In this document: positions 10,333 through 21,670 of the stretch, piece by piece | How the letters are laid out: every line of letters begins with the position of its first letter | Numbering within the stretch: position 1 is the stretch's first letter | Source: Hydrurus foetidus | Taxonomy: Eukaryota | Direction: 5' to 3' | Assembly (NCBI GenBank): GCA_900617105.1 | Contig: UYFQ01000001.1 | Coordinates: forward strand, 3,596,001-3,660,000 | DNA length: 64,000 nt | Notes under the pieces: generated by a model | Seen by the model: the letters and a program-made list of their open reading frames with translations, nothing else | Told to the model about the DNA's origin: nothing | Databases searched by the model: none | Position numbers and translations under genes: made by a program

Positions 10333-10761
10333 ATGAGTTTAAAAAATCAAGCTTCAACCGAGCAAGCCTGCCCATGCGGCAAACTGGACGCCTCCAAAAA
10401 GCCGTTGGCATTTGCCGACTGCTGCGCCCGTTACCTCAACGACTTTGACAACACCCCGGCCCCAGATGCTGAAAGCCTGATGCGCTGCCGCTACAGCTAC
10501 AGCGCTTTTGTACTGGGCCGCAGCGATTACCTCACGGTCACATGGCACGCCAGCACCCGCCCAATTGAAGTAGCGCAAGATGACGGCACCAAGTGGCTCG
10601 GCTTGGAAGTGCGCCGCCACGTCGTCATTGACGCAGACCATGCCCAGGTCGAGTTCGTCGCTCGGTACCGCACCGCTGGCCGGGGCGTGCGCATTCATGA
10701 GCGGAGCCGCTTTGTGCGTGAGGCGGGGCGTTGGTACCATGTTGATGGCGATTTGATTTAA
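10333..10761 (+). CDS. YchJ-family (SEC-C/NTF2-like) protein
   Basis: CPCG...DCC, APDAESLMR, WLGLEV, VEFVARY, HERSRF..W(Y)HVDG. Confidence 0.88.
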   Translation: MSLKNQASTEQACPCGKLDASKKPLAFADCCARYLNDFDNTPAPDAESLMRCRYSYSAFVLGRSDYLTVTWHASTRPIEVAQDDGTKWLGLEVRRHVVIDADHAQVEFVARYRTAGRGVRIHERSRFVREAGRWYHVDGDLI

Positions 10762-10803
10762 AAGTGCTTTTCTTGGCTAATTCAAGCATCATTTCGCCCT
10801 ATA

Positions 10804-10844
10804 GCCTAACTAATTCGGGCGCGAGCAGCTCATAATTAAATAGC
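10804..10844 (-). repeat. Family A motif, intergenic, just upstream of HAD gene
   Basis: Minus strand GCTA-tttaattat-GAGC-tgctcgc-GCCC-gaattagtt-AGGC. Confidence 0.85.
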
Positions 10845-10853
10845 AAATACAAC

Positions 10854-11558
10854 ATGAATAACTCGACATTCGACGCGGTACTCTTCGACTCTGACGGCGT
10901 GTTGGTTGACAGTGAACCGATTACCAACGGCGTGCTGCGCGACATGCTTGAAGAAGCCGGCTGGAAGTTGTCGCCCGATGAATGCATGCGCATCTTTGTC
11001 GGCAAGGCAGTGAAAGACGAAGTAGCGGTGATTGAAGCTAAAACCGGCCAGCGCATCGATGAGCAGTGGATGATCGAATTCCGCAAGCGCCGCGATGCTG
11101 GCCTGCGCGCACGGTTGTTGCCTATTGATGGCGCGCCGCCAGCAGTTGCAAAAATCCATGAAACATACCGGGGCCGCATCGCCTGCGCGTCAGGCGCTGA
11201 CCGCGCCAAGGTCGAGCTGCAATTGAGCATGTGTGCGTTGATGCCGTATTTTGACGGCCGCATTTTCAGCGGCTACGAGCAGCCGCGCTCCAAGCCATTT
11301 CCTGATGTTTATCTGGCCGCAGCTGCGGCGCTTGGAGTCCATGCCAAACGCTGCGCAGTGGTTGAAGACAGCGTGACAGGCGTGCTGGCAGGTGTGGCAG
11401 CGGGCGCTACCGTATTTGGCTACAGCCCGAATGAATCTGGCCACAGCGCGCCGCATGCACTGCTGGCCGCTGGAGCGGTGCACGTATTCACCGCCATGGC
11501 AGAGCTGCCCGGCATCTTGAAAAACTTCACCAGCCCTGAGTCCCAGCCTCGCCCTTGA
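10854..11558 (+). CDS. HAD-superfamily phosphatase
   Basis: FDSDGVLVDSE motif I, KPFPDVY, VVEDS. Confidence 0.9.
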   Translation: MNNSTFDAVLFDSDGVLVDSEPITNGVLRDMLEEAGWKLSPDECMRIFVGKAVKDEVAVIEAKTGQRIDEQWMIEFRKRRDAGLRARLLPIDGAPPAVAKIHETYRGRIACASGADRAKVELQLSMCALMPYFDGRIFSGYEQPRSKPFPDVYLAAAAALGVHAKRCAVVEDSVTGVLAGVAAGATVFGYSPNESGHSAPHALLAAGAVHVFTAMAELPGILKNFTSPESQPRP

Positions 11559-12084
11559 ACGGCCCGACCAGCTCAGGCGTGATCCACCCGCCATAAAACC
11601 CGCCCGGCTGCGGTGTCACTTTTTCACCGCCTACCGTGCAGGTCAAGTTAGCGGGGTAAAACGCAATGCAGTCAGCGATTTCTTCTGCGCCCTGCAATGG
11701 CTTGGGGTAGCTCCAGCCCACGTTGGGCAACACCTGCGTCGCGCTGACCAACGACCAGTAAGCAGCTGGCCCCTTCCATTCGCAAAACGAGCTGCCTGCG
11801 CCTTGGCGTAGAAGTGACTGGTTAACGTCAGCCCGCGGAATATAAAAGCTGGGCGGGTGCGATGTCTCCAGCACCAGCAGGGCGCTTTTGGTGCGCGCAA
11901 CGTGCAAGCCGCCCCAGGTAATGACCACTTCGCGCTGATCATTCACCAGCCGCGGCGGGCGCGGAAAGTCCCATACCGACACCTGCTCCGGGCCGGTTAC
12001 TACGGCAAACGGCGGGCGGGTGTTGCCGCGCCAATTCCAGTGGGCGCGTGCGGCTTCAAGCCAGGTGGGGGTATTTGTGTTCAT
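11527..12084 (-). CDS. DUF427-domain protein
   Basis: SVWDFPRPP, LETSHPPSFYIP, SFCEWKGPA, PQPGGFYGGWIT. Confidence 0.82.
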   Translation of the reverse strand: MNTNTPTWLEAARAHWNWRGNTRPPFAVVTGPEQVSVWDFPRPPRLVNDQREVVITWGGLHVARTKSALLVLETSHPPSFYIPRADVNQSLLRQGAGSSFCEWKGPAAYWSLVSATQVLPNVGWSYPKPLQGAEEIADCIAFYPANLTCTVGGEKVTPQPGGFYGGWITPELVGPFKGEAGTQGW

Positions 12085-12129
12085 GAAGAGATTCTCTAGT
12101 CAAACCGATTTGTAAGTTGACCCGCCTTA

Positions 12130-12305
12130 CTCCCTCCCCTCCCGGGGGAGGGTGGGGTGGGGGCAAGCGCAGGATGGAAGTTCGCATCGTGCCGGCCCCC
12201 ATCCCAACCTCACCGGCAATCGCCTGGGGCGAAAGCTCTTTGGCCTGTCCAAGTCCGCATTGGCGGACTTAGAGCCGCAGGCCGCAGCCCCGGGAGGGGA
12301 AGGAG
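12130..12305. repeat. Inverted pair of REP-like palindromes (family B), second copy interrupted by a 76-bp insert
   Basis: ctccctcccctcccgggggagggtggggtgggggc (12130-12164) vs gcccccatcccaacctc[insert 12212-12287]ccccgggaggggaaggag. Confidence 0.75.
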
Positions 12306-12332
12306 CAAGATTGAGAGTCATATCCGCCTTCA

Positions 12333-12373
12333 GCTCAATAAATACGGGCGCAAGCAGCTCCTGAATTAATAGT
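12333..12373 (-). repeat. Family A motif, intergenic
   Basis: Minus strand ACTA-ttaattcag-GAGC-tgcttgc-GCCC-gtatttatt-GAGC. Confidence 0.85.
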
Positions 12374-12484
12374 AGATTGACGCCAGGCCCAGCCGCGCAG
12401 CCACCCCATCGCCATAGACATGACGCCATGCCACCTCCGTGATAAGCTACTCGCCCTTCTTCCACAAAGACTGCGAGACACACC

Positions 12485-13645
12485 ATGCCCGGACTCCTGC
12501 CCAACGTTGACCCAGACGGCTTGCTTGAATTTTCAGTCGTCTACACCGATCGTTCGCTTAACCACATGTCCAAAAGCTTCGGCCATGCGATGACCGATAT
12601 TTCCAGCATGCTCAAAGAGGTGTACCACGCCCCCTCAGCCGTTCTGGTGCCCGGCAGCGGCACCTACGGCATGGAAGCCGTGGCCCGTCAGTTTGCAGCA
12701 GGCAAGCACGTGATGGTGATTCGCAACGGCTGGTTCAGCTACCGCTGGTCGCAGATTTTTGACATGGGGAGCATCCCTGCGTCGCACACGGTGTTGAAGG
12801 CTCGCCAAACAAACAAAGGCGCGCAGGAACCGTGGGCCCCAGCACCGGTTGCTGAAGTCATCGCCGCCATTGCCAAGGAAAAGCCAGCCCTCGTTTTTGC
12901 CCCACACGTTGAAACCTCAGCCGGCATGATGCTGCCCGACAGCTACCTGCGCGCGGTAAGCGATGCAGTCCATGCGGTTGGCGGTTTGTTTGTACTCGAC
13001 TGCATCGCATCTGGCGCGATGTGGGTAGACATGCAGGCTACCGGGGTTGACGTGCTGATTTCAGCACCGCAAAAAGGCTGGAGCAGCTCCCCCTGCTGCG
13101 CCATGGTGATGCTGAGCGAACGCGCCCGCACGGCCATCGATGGCACCACCAGCTCCAGCTACGCATGTGATTTGAAAAAGTGGTTGCAGATCATGGAGAC
13201 GTATGAAAAAGGCGGCCACGCCTACCACGCGACATTGCCTACAGACGCGTTGACCCGCCTGAGCGATGTGATGAAAGAAACCCAAGCCTACGGCTTTGCA
13301 AAAGTGCGCACCGAGCAAATGGCGTTGGGTGCAAAAGTGCGCGAGCTGTTTGAAAGCCGTGGCTTGAAGAGCGTAGCTGCCGAAGGCTACAAAGCCCCGG
13401 GCGTAGTCGTCAGCTACACGACTGACCCAGAGATTCAGTCAAGCAAAAAGTTTTTAGCGCAAGGTTTGCAAACCGCCGCTGGCGTGCCCCTGCAGTGTGA
13501 TGAAGGCGCTGACTTCATGACCTTCCGCATCGGGCTGTTTGGGCTGGATAAGTGGCACAACATCGACCAGACAGTTGCGCATTTGGCGGGTGCGCTTGAC
13601 CGGATTGGCCTGGTGGAGCCGGTCGCTGAAGAAATGGCGCATTGA
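12485..13645 (+). CDS. Class V PLP-dependent aminotransferase (serine-pyruvate/alanine-glyoxylate-like)
   Basis: PGSGTYGMEA, PHVETSAG, LDCIASG, SAPQKGW (PLP lysine). Confidence 0.88.
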   Translation: MPGLLPNVDPDGLLEFSVVYTDRSLNHMSKSFGHAMTDISSMLKEVYHAPSAVLVPGSGTYGMEAVARQFAAGKHVMVIRNGWFSYRWSQIFDMGSIPASHTVLKARQTNKGAQEPWAPAPVAEVIAAIAKEKPALVFAPHVETSAGMMLPDSYLRAVSDAVHAVGGLFVLDCIASGAMWVDMQATGVDVLISAPQKGWSSSPCCAMVMLSERARTAIDGTTSSSYACDLKKWLQIMETYEKGGHAYHATLPTDALTRLSDVMKETQAYGFAKVRTEQMALGAKVRELFESRGLKSVAAEGYKAPGVVVSYTTDPEIQSSKKFLAQGLQTAAGVPLQCDEGADFMTFRIGLFGLDKWHNIDQTVAHLAGALDRIGLVEPVAEEMAH

Positions 13646-13663
13646 CAGGACGGGTTTGCAAAC

Positions 13664-15391
13664 ATGAGTAGCCAACCCACACTTCACACCTCTGGAAACT
13701 CCCCGCTATCCCTGGCAAGCGGCGCAACCCACCCGCCGCTGATTGAGCAAACCCTCGGCGATAGTTTCGACGAGATGGTTGCCCGCCAGCCCGACCATCC
13801 GGCACTGGTCAGCGCACATCAAGGCTTGCGCTACACCTACCGCGAGCTGCAAACCGAATCCAACAAATTGGCCAGCGCAATGCTGCAACTGGGGCTAACC
13901 ACAGGCGACCGCGTCGGTATCTGGTCGCATAACAATGCCCAGTGGCTTTTGATGCAGCTGGCCACCGCCAAAGTGGGCCTGATTCTGGTCAACATCAACC
14001 CGGCGTACCGCGTGTCCGAGCTGGACTACGCGCTGAACAAAGTCGGCTGCAAGGCACTGGTGACGATGGCGCGGTTCAAGACCAGCGACTACATCAGCAT
14101 GCTGCGCGAGCTGGCGCCTGAACTAAACATTGCAAAAGGCGAGCTGCAAATCGCTCGCCTGCCGCAACTCAAATCCATCGTGTGGATTGATGCGCCTGGT
14201 GAGTCAGACAAGCCCGGCATGACACGCTTTTCAACCCTGTTGGCCAGCGGCAACGCCAGCGACCCACGCGTACCTCTAATTGCCGCCACGCTCAAGCCAA
14301 CAGACGCCATCAACATCCAGTTCACCAGCGGCACCACGGGCTTCCCCAAAGGCGCAACGCTCACGCACCGCAATATTTTGAACAACGGCTACTTCATCGG
14401 CAGCGCCATGCAGCTCACGCCCGCTGACCGCCTGTGCATACCCGTGCCGTTGTACCACTGCTTTGGCATGGTGCTGGGCAACCTCGCGTGCCTGACGCAC
14501 GGCGCCACCATCGTCTACCCGAATGACGGGTTTGACCCACTCACCGTTTTGCAAACCGTGCAGGCTGAAAAGTGCACCGCCCTGCACGGCGTGCCCACCA
14601 TGTTCATCGCTGAACTTGACCACCCGCGCTTCAAAGAATTTGACCTGAGCACCCTGCGCACCGGCATCATGGCCGGCTCGCCGTGCCCGACAGAAGTCAT
14701 GAAGCGTGTGGTCGAGCAAATGAGCCTGAAAGACATCACCATCGCTTACGGCATGACCGAAACCAGCCCCGTCAGTTGCCAGAGCAGCGTCAGCACACCG
14801 CTGGCCAAACGCGTGTCAACAGTTGGCCAGGTGCAGCCGCACATCGACATCAAAATCATCGACCCCGAAACGGGCGCAGTGGTGGCGCGAGGCGAGCGGG
14901 GCGAGTTTTGTACGCGCGGCTATTCCGTCATGCAAGGCTACTGGGGCGACATTGAAAAAACCCGCGAAGCCATAGACGCTGAAGGCTGGATGCACACTGG
15001 CGACCTGGCGACGATGGACGATGAAGGCTACGTCAACATCGTCGGCCGCATCAAAGACATGGTGATACGCGGCGGCGAAAACATTTACCCAAGAGAGATT
15101 GAAGAGTACCTGTACCGCCACGCGGCAGTGCAAGACGTACAGGTCGTCGGCCTGCCCGACAAAAAGTACGGTGAAGAACTCTGCGCATGGATCATCACCA
15201 AACCGGGCCAAGCGTTAACGGAAGGCGAAATCCGCGACTTCTGCAAAGGCCAAATAGCCCACTACAAAGTGCCCAGGTACATCCAGTTCGTCACCGAATT
15301 TCCCATGACAGTCACTGGCAAAATCCAGAAGTTCAAGATTCGGGATGCGATGAAGGTGCAGCTGGGGTTGGTGGATGAGAAGACGGCTTGA
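13664..15391 (+). CDS. AMP-binding acyl-CoA synthetase
   Basis: [35 protein letters not shown]. Confidence 0.92.
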   Translation: MSSQPTLHTSGNSPLSLASGATHPPLIEQTLGDSFDEMVARQPDHPALVSAHQGLRYTYRELQTESNKLASAMLQLGLTTGDRVGIWSHNNAQWLLMQLATAKVGLILVNINPAYRVSELDYALNKVGCKALVTMARFKTSDYISMLRELAPELNIAKGELQIARLPQLKSIVWIDAPGESDKPGMTRFSTLLASGNASDPRVPLIAATLKPTDAINIQFTSGTTGFPKGATLTHRNILNNGYFIGSAMQLTPADRLCIPVPLYHCFGMVLGNLACLTHGATIVYPNDGFDPLTVLQTVQAEKCTALHGVPTMFIAELDHPRFKEFDLSTLRTGIMAGSPCPTEVMKRVVEQMSLKDITIAYGMTETSPVSCQSSVSTPLAKRVSTVGQVQPHIDIKIIDPETGAVVARGERGEFCTRGYSVMQGYWGDIEKTREAIDAEGWMHTGDLATMDDEGYVNIVGRIKDMVIRGGENIYPREIEEYLYRHAAVQDVQVVGLPDKKYGEELCAWIITKPGQALTEGEIRDFCKGQIAHYKVPRYIQFVTEFPMTVTGKIQKFKIRDAMKVQLGLVDEKTA

Positions 15392-15414
15392 CTTGGGTTT
15401 GACGGCGGATCTAT

Positions 15415-15834
15415 ATGCACCGACCTTTAGAAATTCCAGCCCTTCAGACCTCATGGCAGGCGTTCGACAATATGGCGCATCTGCGCCCCAGTTACACCGA
15501 AGCAGACTACGACCGTACCGTCAAGATGATGAATGCGCTGCTTGATGTGACGGGCGACGACGAAGATCACCCGCTTTCAAGCTTGCTAGAGCTGACGTCT
15601 GACTTGGTGTCGCGCTATGAACAGGAACACCACCCGATAGAAGCTGCTGACCCCAAAGACGCATTGCGGTTTTTGATGGAGTCGCGTGGCTTGAGACAAG
15701 AAGACTTGTCGAGCGTTGTGCCGCAAAGCAACCTGTCAGCGAGTCTGGCCGGGAAGCGAAAAATCAGTGCGGCGATGGCAGGCAAGCTAGGCGGGTTTTT
15801 TGGCATCAGCCCAGCGATCTTTGTGCCGCGTTGA
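15415..15834 (+). CDS. HigA-type (E. coli YgjM-like) HTH antitoxin, no adjacent toxin
   Basis: N-terminal helices then ALRFLMESRGLRQEDL...SLAGKRKIS HTH_3. Confidence 0.75.
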   Translation: MHRPLEIPALQTSWQAFDNMAHLRPSYTEADYDRTVKMMNALLDVTGDDEDHPLSSLLELTSDLVSRYEQEHHPIEAADPKDALRFLMESRGLRQEDLSSVVPQSNLSASLAGKRKISAAMAGKLGGFFGISPAIFVPR

Positions 15835-15854
15835 GTTAGTCACTGCTGACTAAC

Positions 15855-16157
15855 ATGCACAACCCTACCCACCCCGGCCTCATTCTTCGCGATGATGTTT
15901 TGCCTGAACTTCAGCTAAGTGTTAACGAAGCGGCAGAGCTGTTAGGCGTGTCGCGCGTAACCCTGTCCCGTGTAATTAACGGGCGTTCTGCCATCACTGC
16001 AGAGATGGCGCTGCATGTGGGCAAATGGGTTGGAAATGGCCCTGAAATATGGATTCGTATGCAAGGGCAGTATGACTTTTGGCGAGCCAAAAAGAAGGGA
16101 GAGCCGAAAGTTAAAAAAGCAAAACGGCCCGCAGTTGTGTCGGCAATACAGGGTTGA
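15855..16157 (+). CDS. higA: HigA/VapI-family addiction-module antitoxin, no adjacent toxin
   Basis: MHNPTHPGLILRDD, LGVSRVTLSRVING, ITAEMAL, WIRMQGQYD. Confidence 0.85.
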   Translation: MHNPTHPGLILRDDVLPELQLSVNEAAELLGVSRVTLSRVINGRSAITAEMALHVGKWVGNGPEIWIRMQGQYDFWRAKKKGEPKVKKAKRPAVVSAIQG

Positions 16158-16274
16158 AGATTTTCAGGTTCCAAGCATTTGTTTTGGCGGCAGAATTAGT
16201 GCAACCGTATTCCGGTTTCACTGGAACCCATCTTTTCACCGGTCATCTTTATTCAACTTAGATTCACTACTCGT

Positions 16275-16487
16275 ATGATCGTAAAAAGCCCCCGGTTTCA
16301 GGTCGAGCAGTTCGACCAGTCAACTTTTCTTGTCGTGGATAGCTATTCAAAGTCGGAGTTCTGCAGTTGTTCCGATGGTTCTGATGAGTCTTTAGGAATT
16401 CAAGCCGAGATGCGAGCAAGGTTTATCGCTGGCACATTGAACTTAAGCTGGGAAAAAGACCAAAAAGTGTTTTCTCAAACTATTTAA
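16275..16487 (+). CDS. Small hypothetical protein
   Basis: 70-aa ORF in AT-rich patch; no recognisable motif. Confidence 0.35.
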   Translation: MIVKSPRFQVEQFDQSTFLVVDSYSKSEFCSCSDGSDESLGIQAEMRARFIAGTLNLSWEKDQKVFSQTI

Positions 16488-17214
16488 ATTTTTGCAAAAT
16501 CAATTCAAAGCCACATCGCATTCGATGCAGTTTTAAGTATGCGCGCGACGGTTCGATTTTTGGACGACGAAACGAGAAGGTGCATTGACTGAGCCACGTA
16601 TCAACAGTGCTCCTGGTGGCTGTGGGCCTGCGAATCACGCTGAAATCGTCATTGAATGAGAAGAACCCATTTTCAAACAATCGATCATGGAAGCAACAGA
16701 AACAAATCGTATTCGTTAACAAGCCACGTGTTTCTACTTGGTCGGCCCACCTATTGATGTGACTAGTGACCAGCAACGATTTTTCTTCAATATCGCAAAG
16801 CGCACATGTTGTTTGGTAGTTTGCAAGCGTTGCATTGCGCAGGGCACCTACTCCATTTCTAATTCTGGCCATCGAAGTCGTTTCAGAAACTTGAACGTCT
16901 TTGAGCAACAAATTTCCATTTTTTACAGCGTTGTCTAGTAGATCTGCGGGGAATTCTTCAAGCGAAGCGTCGACGCTTTTGCTACAAAGAGAGTAACGCC
17001 CAGAACTTGAGAAAAACAATGTTCCTTCATTGCGAAGTTCTTGAAGCACCCTACTAATTGTTTGCCCCGGAGTTTTGCCCTGACTTCCGGTCATCTTGAC
17101 TATATTTAGTTGCTCCTCGCGCAGGAACTGGCTTCTTTCAACTTGAATTGTGTCGTTGCGCCTTGAATAGCTTTCTAACGCCTTCTTCACAGCGTCTTTC
17201 CAGATTTCACCCAT
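16480..17214 (-). CDS. HNH endonuclease with putative N-terminal winged-helix domain
   Basis: CALC...SHI..W...N.ICFCCFHDRLFENG HNH core; N-terminal TISRVLQELRNEGTLFFSSSGRY. Confidence 0.8.
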   Translation of the reverse strand: MGEIWKDAVKKALESYSRRNDTIQVERSQFLREEQLNIVKMTGSQGKTPGQTISRVLQELRNEGTLFFSSSGRYSLCSKSVDASLEEFPADLLDNAVKNGNLLLKDVQVSETTSMARIRNGVGALRNATLANYQTTCALCDIEEKSLLVTSHINRWADQVETRGLLTNTICFCCFHDRLFENGFFSFNDDFSVIRRPTATRSTVDTWLSQCTFSFRRPKIEPSRAYLKLHRMRCGFELILQKFK

Positions 17215-17232
17215 GTCTTTTCTCTGTATTGG

Positions 17233-18431
<1,199 letters not shown>

Positions 18432-18767
18432 TTATGCCATTTCGGTTTTAACAACCTATTGAGCTGTCTGTTTTTATTAGACCACTACACTCAGCCCCGC
18501 GCTCACTTAACCGCCGGTTAAAGCTCATACGCGTCAACAGATACCAAAACACGGCCTCAAGCTAGTTCCATTAGCCACTGTTAGCTGCCGAGCAACAGCC
18601 ACGGTCATGCGCCCACGGACGCGCGCAAACTCCAACGATGTGCAGTGACGGCAGAAGTCACGAAATAGCGTACACCCAATAACACCCATTCCCCGCGGTT
18701 TAACTAAGCTCGTTCGGCACTACCTGCACAGGAGCAAAATCAAGTCACCAGTTAAAACCGCCTAGAA

Positions 18768-18789
18768 TTGACGTTTACGTAAGCGTCAA
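18768..18789. promoter_or_regulatory. LiuR-type operator upstream of liuB
   Basis: TTGACGTTTACGTAAGCGTCAA, one mismatch from the 3444 palindrome. Confidence 0.82.
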
Positions 18790-18842
18790 CCAAGCGTTTC
18801 ACACTAAATTCAGCAAGTCTTGCCCAAAAAGAAAGCCCCCGC

Positions 18843-20474
18843 ATGCCTGTTCTGGAGACAAAACTTAACGCCCGCACAGCTGACTTCCAGGCCAACGTGG
18901 CGGCCATGCAAACGCTCGTTGACCACCTGCGTGGTGAGGTGGCCAAGTCGGCTGCGGGTGGGGGTGAGGCGGCTCGGGCCAAGCATGTGGCGCGGGGCAA
19001 GTTGCCGCCGCGTGAGCGGGTGCAAATGCTGCTGGACTCGGGCACGCCGTTTTTAGAACTTTCCCCGCTCGCGGCGCACGCCATGTACGACGGCGCGGCG
19101 CCTTGTGCGGGGCTGATCACCGGCATTGGCCGCGTGAGCGGTGTTGACTGCATGGTGGTGTGCAATGACGCGACCGTCAAGGGCGGCACCTATTACCCGA
19201 TGACGGTTAAAAAGCACGTGCGCGCGCAAGAAATTGCGCAGCAAAACAACTTGCCGTGCATTTACCTGGTCGATTCGGGCGGGGCCAATTTGCCGAACCA
19301 GGACGACGTGTTTCCTGACCGTGACCACTTTGGCCGAATCTTTTTCAACCAGGCCAACATGAGCGCCGAGGGCATTGCACAAATTGCGGTGGTCATGGGC
19401 AGTTGCACGGCAGGCGGCGCGTACATGCCCGCTATGAGCGATGAAAGCATTATTGTGGCCAACCAGGGCACCATCTTTTTGGGCGGGCCGCCGCTGGTCA
19501 AGGCCGCCACCGGTGAGGTTGTCACGGCTGAAGACTTGGGCGGTGGTGACGTACACACGCGGCTCTCAGGCGTGGCCGACCACCTGGCGCAAAACGACAT
19601 GCACGCCTTGCAGCTGGCGCGCACTGCAGTGAAGAATTTGAACCGAACTAAAGCGTCAATTTCGGCATCAAATCAGCCTGTAGCCGAACAAATACGGGCG
19701 AAAGCAGCTCCTAAATACGTAGCATCAGAACTGTATGGCGTGATACCCACCGACACTCGCAAGCCCTTCGACGTGCGCGAAATCATCGCCCGCATCGTGG
19801 ATGGCAGCGAGTTTGACGAATTCAAAGCGCGCTATGGCACCACGCTGGTGTGCGGTTTTGCGGCGATTGAAGGCATGCCGGTCGGCATCATTGCCAACAA
19901 CGGCATTTTGTTCAGTGAATCAGCGCTCAAAGCCACGCACTTCATTGAGCTGTGCTGCCAACGCAAGATACCGCTGGTGTTTTTACAGAACATCACCGGC
20001 TTCATGGTTGGCCGCAAATATGAAAACGAAGGCATTGCCCGCAACGGCGCCAAGATGGTCACGGCTGTGGCAACTGCAGCGGTGCCCAAATTCACCATCA
20101 TCATTGGCGGCAGCTACGGCGCAGGCAACTACGGCATGTGCGGCCGGGCGTTCTCACCGCGCTTTTTATGGATGTGGCCGAATGCGCGCATCAGCGTGAT
20201 GGGCGGTGAGCAAGCTGCTGGTGTGCTGGCGACTGTGAAGCGCGACGGTATTGAAGCGCGCGGCGGCAGCTGGAGCAAAGATGAAGAAGCCGCCTTCAAG
20301 CAGCCCATCATTGACCAGTTCACACACCAGTCACACCCATACTTTGCCAGCGCGAGATTGTGGGACGACGGCGTGATTGACCCGGCAGATACCCGGCGCG
20401 TGCTGGCACTGGGCTTGTCAGCATCGCAAAACCGGGCGATACCGGAGACAAGGTTTGGTCTTTTCAGGATGTAA
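18843..20474 (+). CDS. liuB: Methylcrotonyl-CoA carboxylase beta (carboxyltransferase) subunit
   Basis: [49 protein letters not shown]. Confidence 0.93.
   Translation: MPVLETKLNARTADFQANVAAMQTLVDHLRGEVAKSAAGGGEAARAKHVARGKLPPRERVQMLLDSGTPFLELSPLAAHAMYDGAAPCAGLITGIGRVSGVDCMVVCNDATVKGGTYYPMTVKKHVRAQEIAQQNNLPCIYLVDSGGANLPNQDDVFPDRDHFGRIFFNQANMSAEGIAQIAVVMGSCTAGGAYMPAMSDESIIVANQGTIFLGGPPLVKAATGEVVTAEDLGGGDVHTRLSGVADHLAQNDMHALQLARTAVKNLNRTKASISASNQPVAEQIRAKAAPKYVASELYGVIPTDTRKPFDVREIIARIVDGSEFDEFKARYGTTLVCGFAAIEGMPVGIIANNGILFSESALKATHFIELCCQRKIPLVFLQNITGFMVGRKYENEGIARNGAKMVTAVATAAVPKFTIIIGGSYGAGNYGMCGRAFSPRFLWMWPNARISVMGGEQAAGVLATVKRDGIEARGGSWSKDEEAAFKQPIIDQFTHQSHPYFASARLWDDGVIDPADTRRVLALGLSASQNRAIPETRFGLFRM
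19683..19723 (-). repeat. Family A motif in frame inside liuB
   Basis: Minus strand GCTA-cgtatttag-GAGC-tgctttc-GCCC-gtatttgtt-CGGC; encodes [17 protein letters not shown]. Confidence 0.85.
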
Positions 20475-20507
20475 TGCTAGGTATTGATGTATTCGGAGAT
20501 GTGAACC

Positions 20508-20756
20508 ATGCGACTCAGACTTGAGATTGATGATCAATTGATGGCTTCGGCGATGGACTCGGGTGACTTCAAAACACCTAAGGAAGCTGTTGAAGAAGGC
20601 CTGCGTCGCATTGCTAGAGGCAAGGTTTACCAAAATATACGCGGCCTGCGCGGCAAGCTTCACTGGAGTTTGGAAGGCGATTGGACAGAGCCTGAGCACA
20701 GCGGGCAAGAACCGAGCCCCGCATTGCCGGCACACGGCGCAAAGCAATCGGCATGA
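20508..20756 (+). CDS. vapB: VapB-family antitoxin
   Basis: MRLRLEIDDQLMASAM...KTPKEAVEEGLR...LRGKLHW. Confidence 0.78.
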   Translation: MRLRLEIDDQLMASAMDSGDFKTPKEAVEEGLRRIARGKVYQNIRGLRGKLHWSLEGDWTEPEHSGQEPSPALPAHGAKQSA

Positions 20757-20870
20757 TTACCGCTGACGGCATTGTCTGGACTGACTACCTCAGGGGAGTC
20801 AACACAACCCACTCTCAGATGCTGGCCTTTGCTGCATCCTGACTTCAGTAAACAAAAGCGTTTGAAATGA
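20753..20870 (+). pseudogene. VapC (PIN) toxin relic, internally deleted
   Basis: ATGA-coupled to vapB; MITADGIVWTDYLRG resembles the PIN N-terminus (MIxVDxSVWIDY); stops after 29 aa; LLHPDF follows in another frame. Confidence 0.55.
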
Positions 20871-21658
20871 ATCACGTCCTGATACAAGTTGCCAATTTGG
20901 TGGCTACCGTCACACTCAACCGCCCAGAAGTGCGCAACGCCTTCAATGCCGAGTTGATTGCCGACATGACGCGCATTTTCAGTGACCTCGGTCAGCGCGA
21001 CGACGTGCGCTGCATCGTACTGGCAGCCAACGGCCCCGCATTTTGCGCAGGTGCCGACCTAAACTGGATGCGCAGCATGGCCGACTACACGCGTGAGCAG
21101 AACTTGGCGGATGCAGGTCTGCTGGCGGCCATGATGCGGACGGTTTATGAATGCCCCAAGCCGACCATTGCAAAAATTCAAGGCGATGTGTACGCAGGCG
21201 GCATGGGCTTGGTAGCGGCCTGCGATATGGCGGTATGCGTAGACACCACTAGTTTCTGTTTGAGCGAAGTCAAGTTGGGTTTGGTGCCGTCGACCATCAG
21301 CCCGTATGTCATCCGTGCGATGGGCGCGCGGGCTGCGCATCGGTATTTTTTAACGGCTGAACGTTTTAATGCGGCCGAGGCTCTGCGCATCGGCTTTGTG
21401 CATGAGGTTGTAGCAGCCGAGCTGCTGGATAGCAAGGTTGCCGAGTTATTGACCGCGCTTTGCAATGCAGGGCCAAACGCTGTCAAGCTATGCAAAAAAC
21501 TGGTGCAAGATGTTGCGGGTAAGGACATTGACCAGGCATTAGTTGAGCTGACTATCTCCAGCATTGCCGACGTCCGCGTTAGCCCAGAAGGCCGCGAAGG
21601 TCTGCAATCATTTCTGCAAAAGCGCAAGCCCAGTTGGTTGCCGCCGTCTAACACTTGA
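20867..21658 (+). CDS. liuC: Enoyl-CoA hydratase (methylglutaconyl-CoA hydratase-like)
   Basis: LNRPEVRNAF, FCAGADLNWM, GGMGL, LSEVKLGL; liu context. Confidence 0.85.
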   Translation: MNHVLIQVANLVATVTLNRPEVRNAFNAELIADMTRIFSDLGQRDDVRCIVLAANGPAFCAGADLNWMRSMADYTREQNLADAGLLAAMMRTVYECPKPTIAKIQGDVYAGGMGLVAACDMAVCVDTTSFCLSEVKLGLVPSTISPYVIRAMGARAAHRYFLTAERFNAAEALRIGFVHEVVAAELLDSKVAELLTALCNAGPNAVKLCKKLVQDVAGKDIDQALVELTISSIADVRVSPEGREGLQSFLQKRKPSWLPPSNT

Positions 21659-21670
21659 AGGGACTCCATC

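Noticed and set aside
18545..18600. Additional family A copy (ggcctcaagctagttccattagccactgttagctg)
   Set aside because: Spacing is off by one and the central 7-mer does not match.
18490..18760. N-terminal extension of the HNH gene interrupted by the IS
   Set aside because: After removing the IS in silico, the frame meets TAA nine codons upstream of the ATG; the coding region is essentially uninterrupted.
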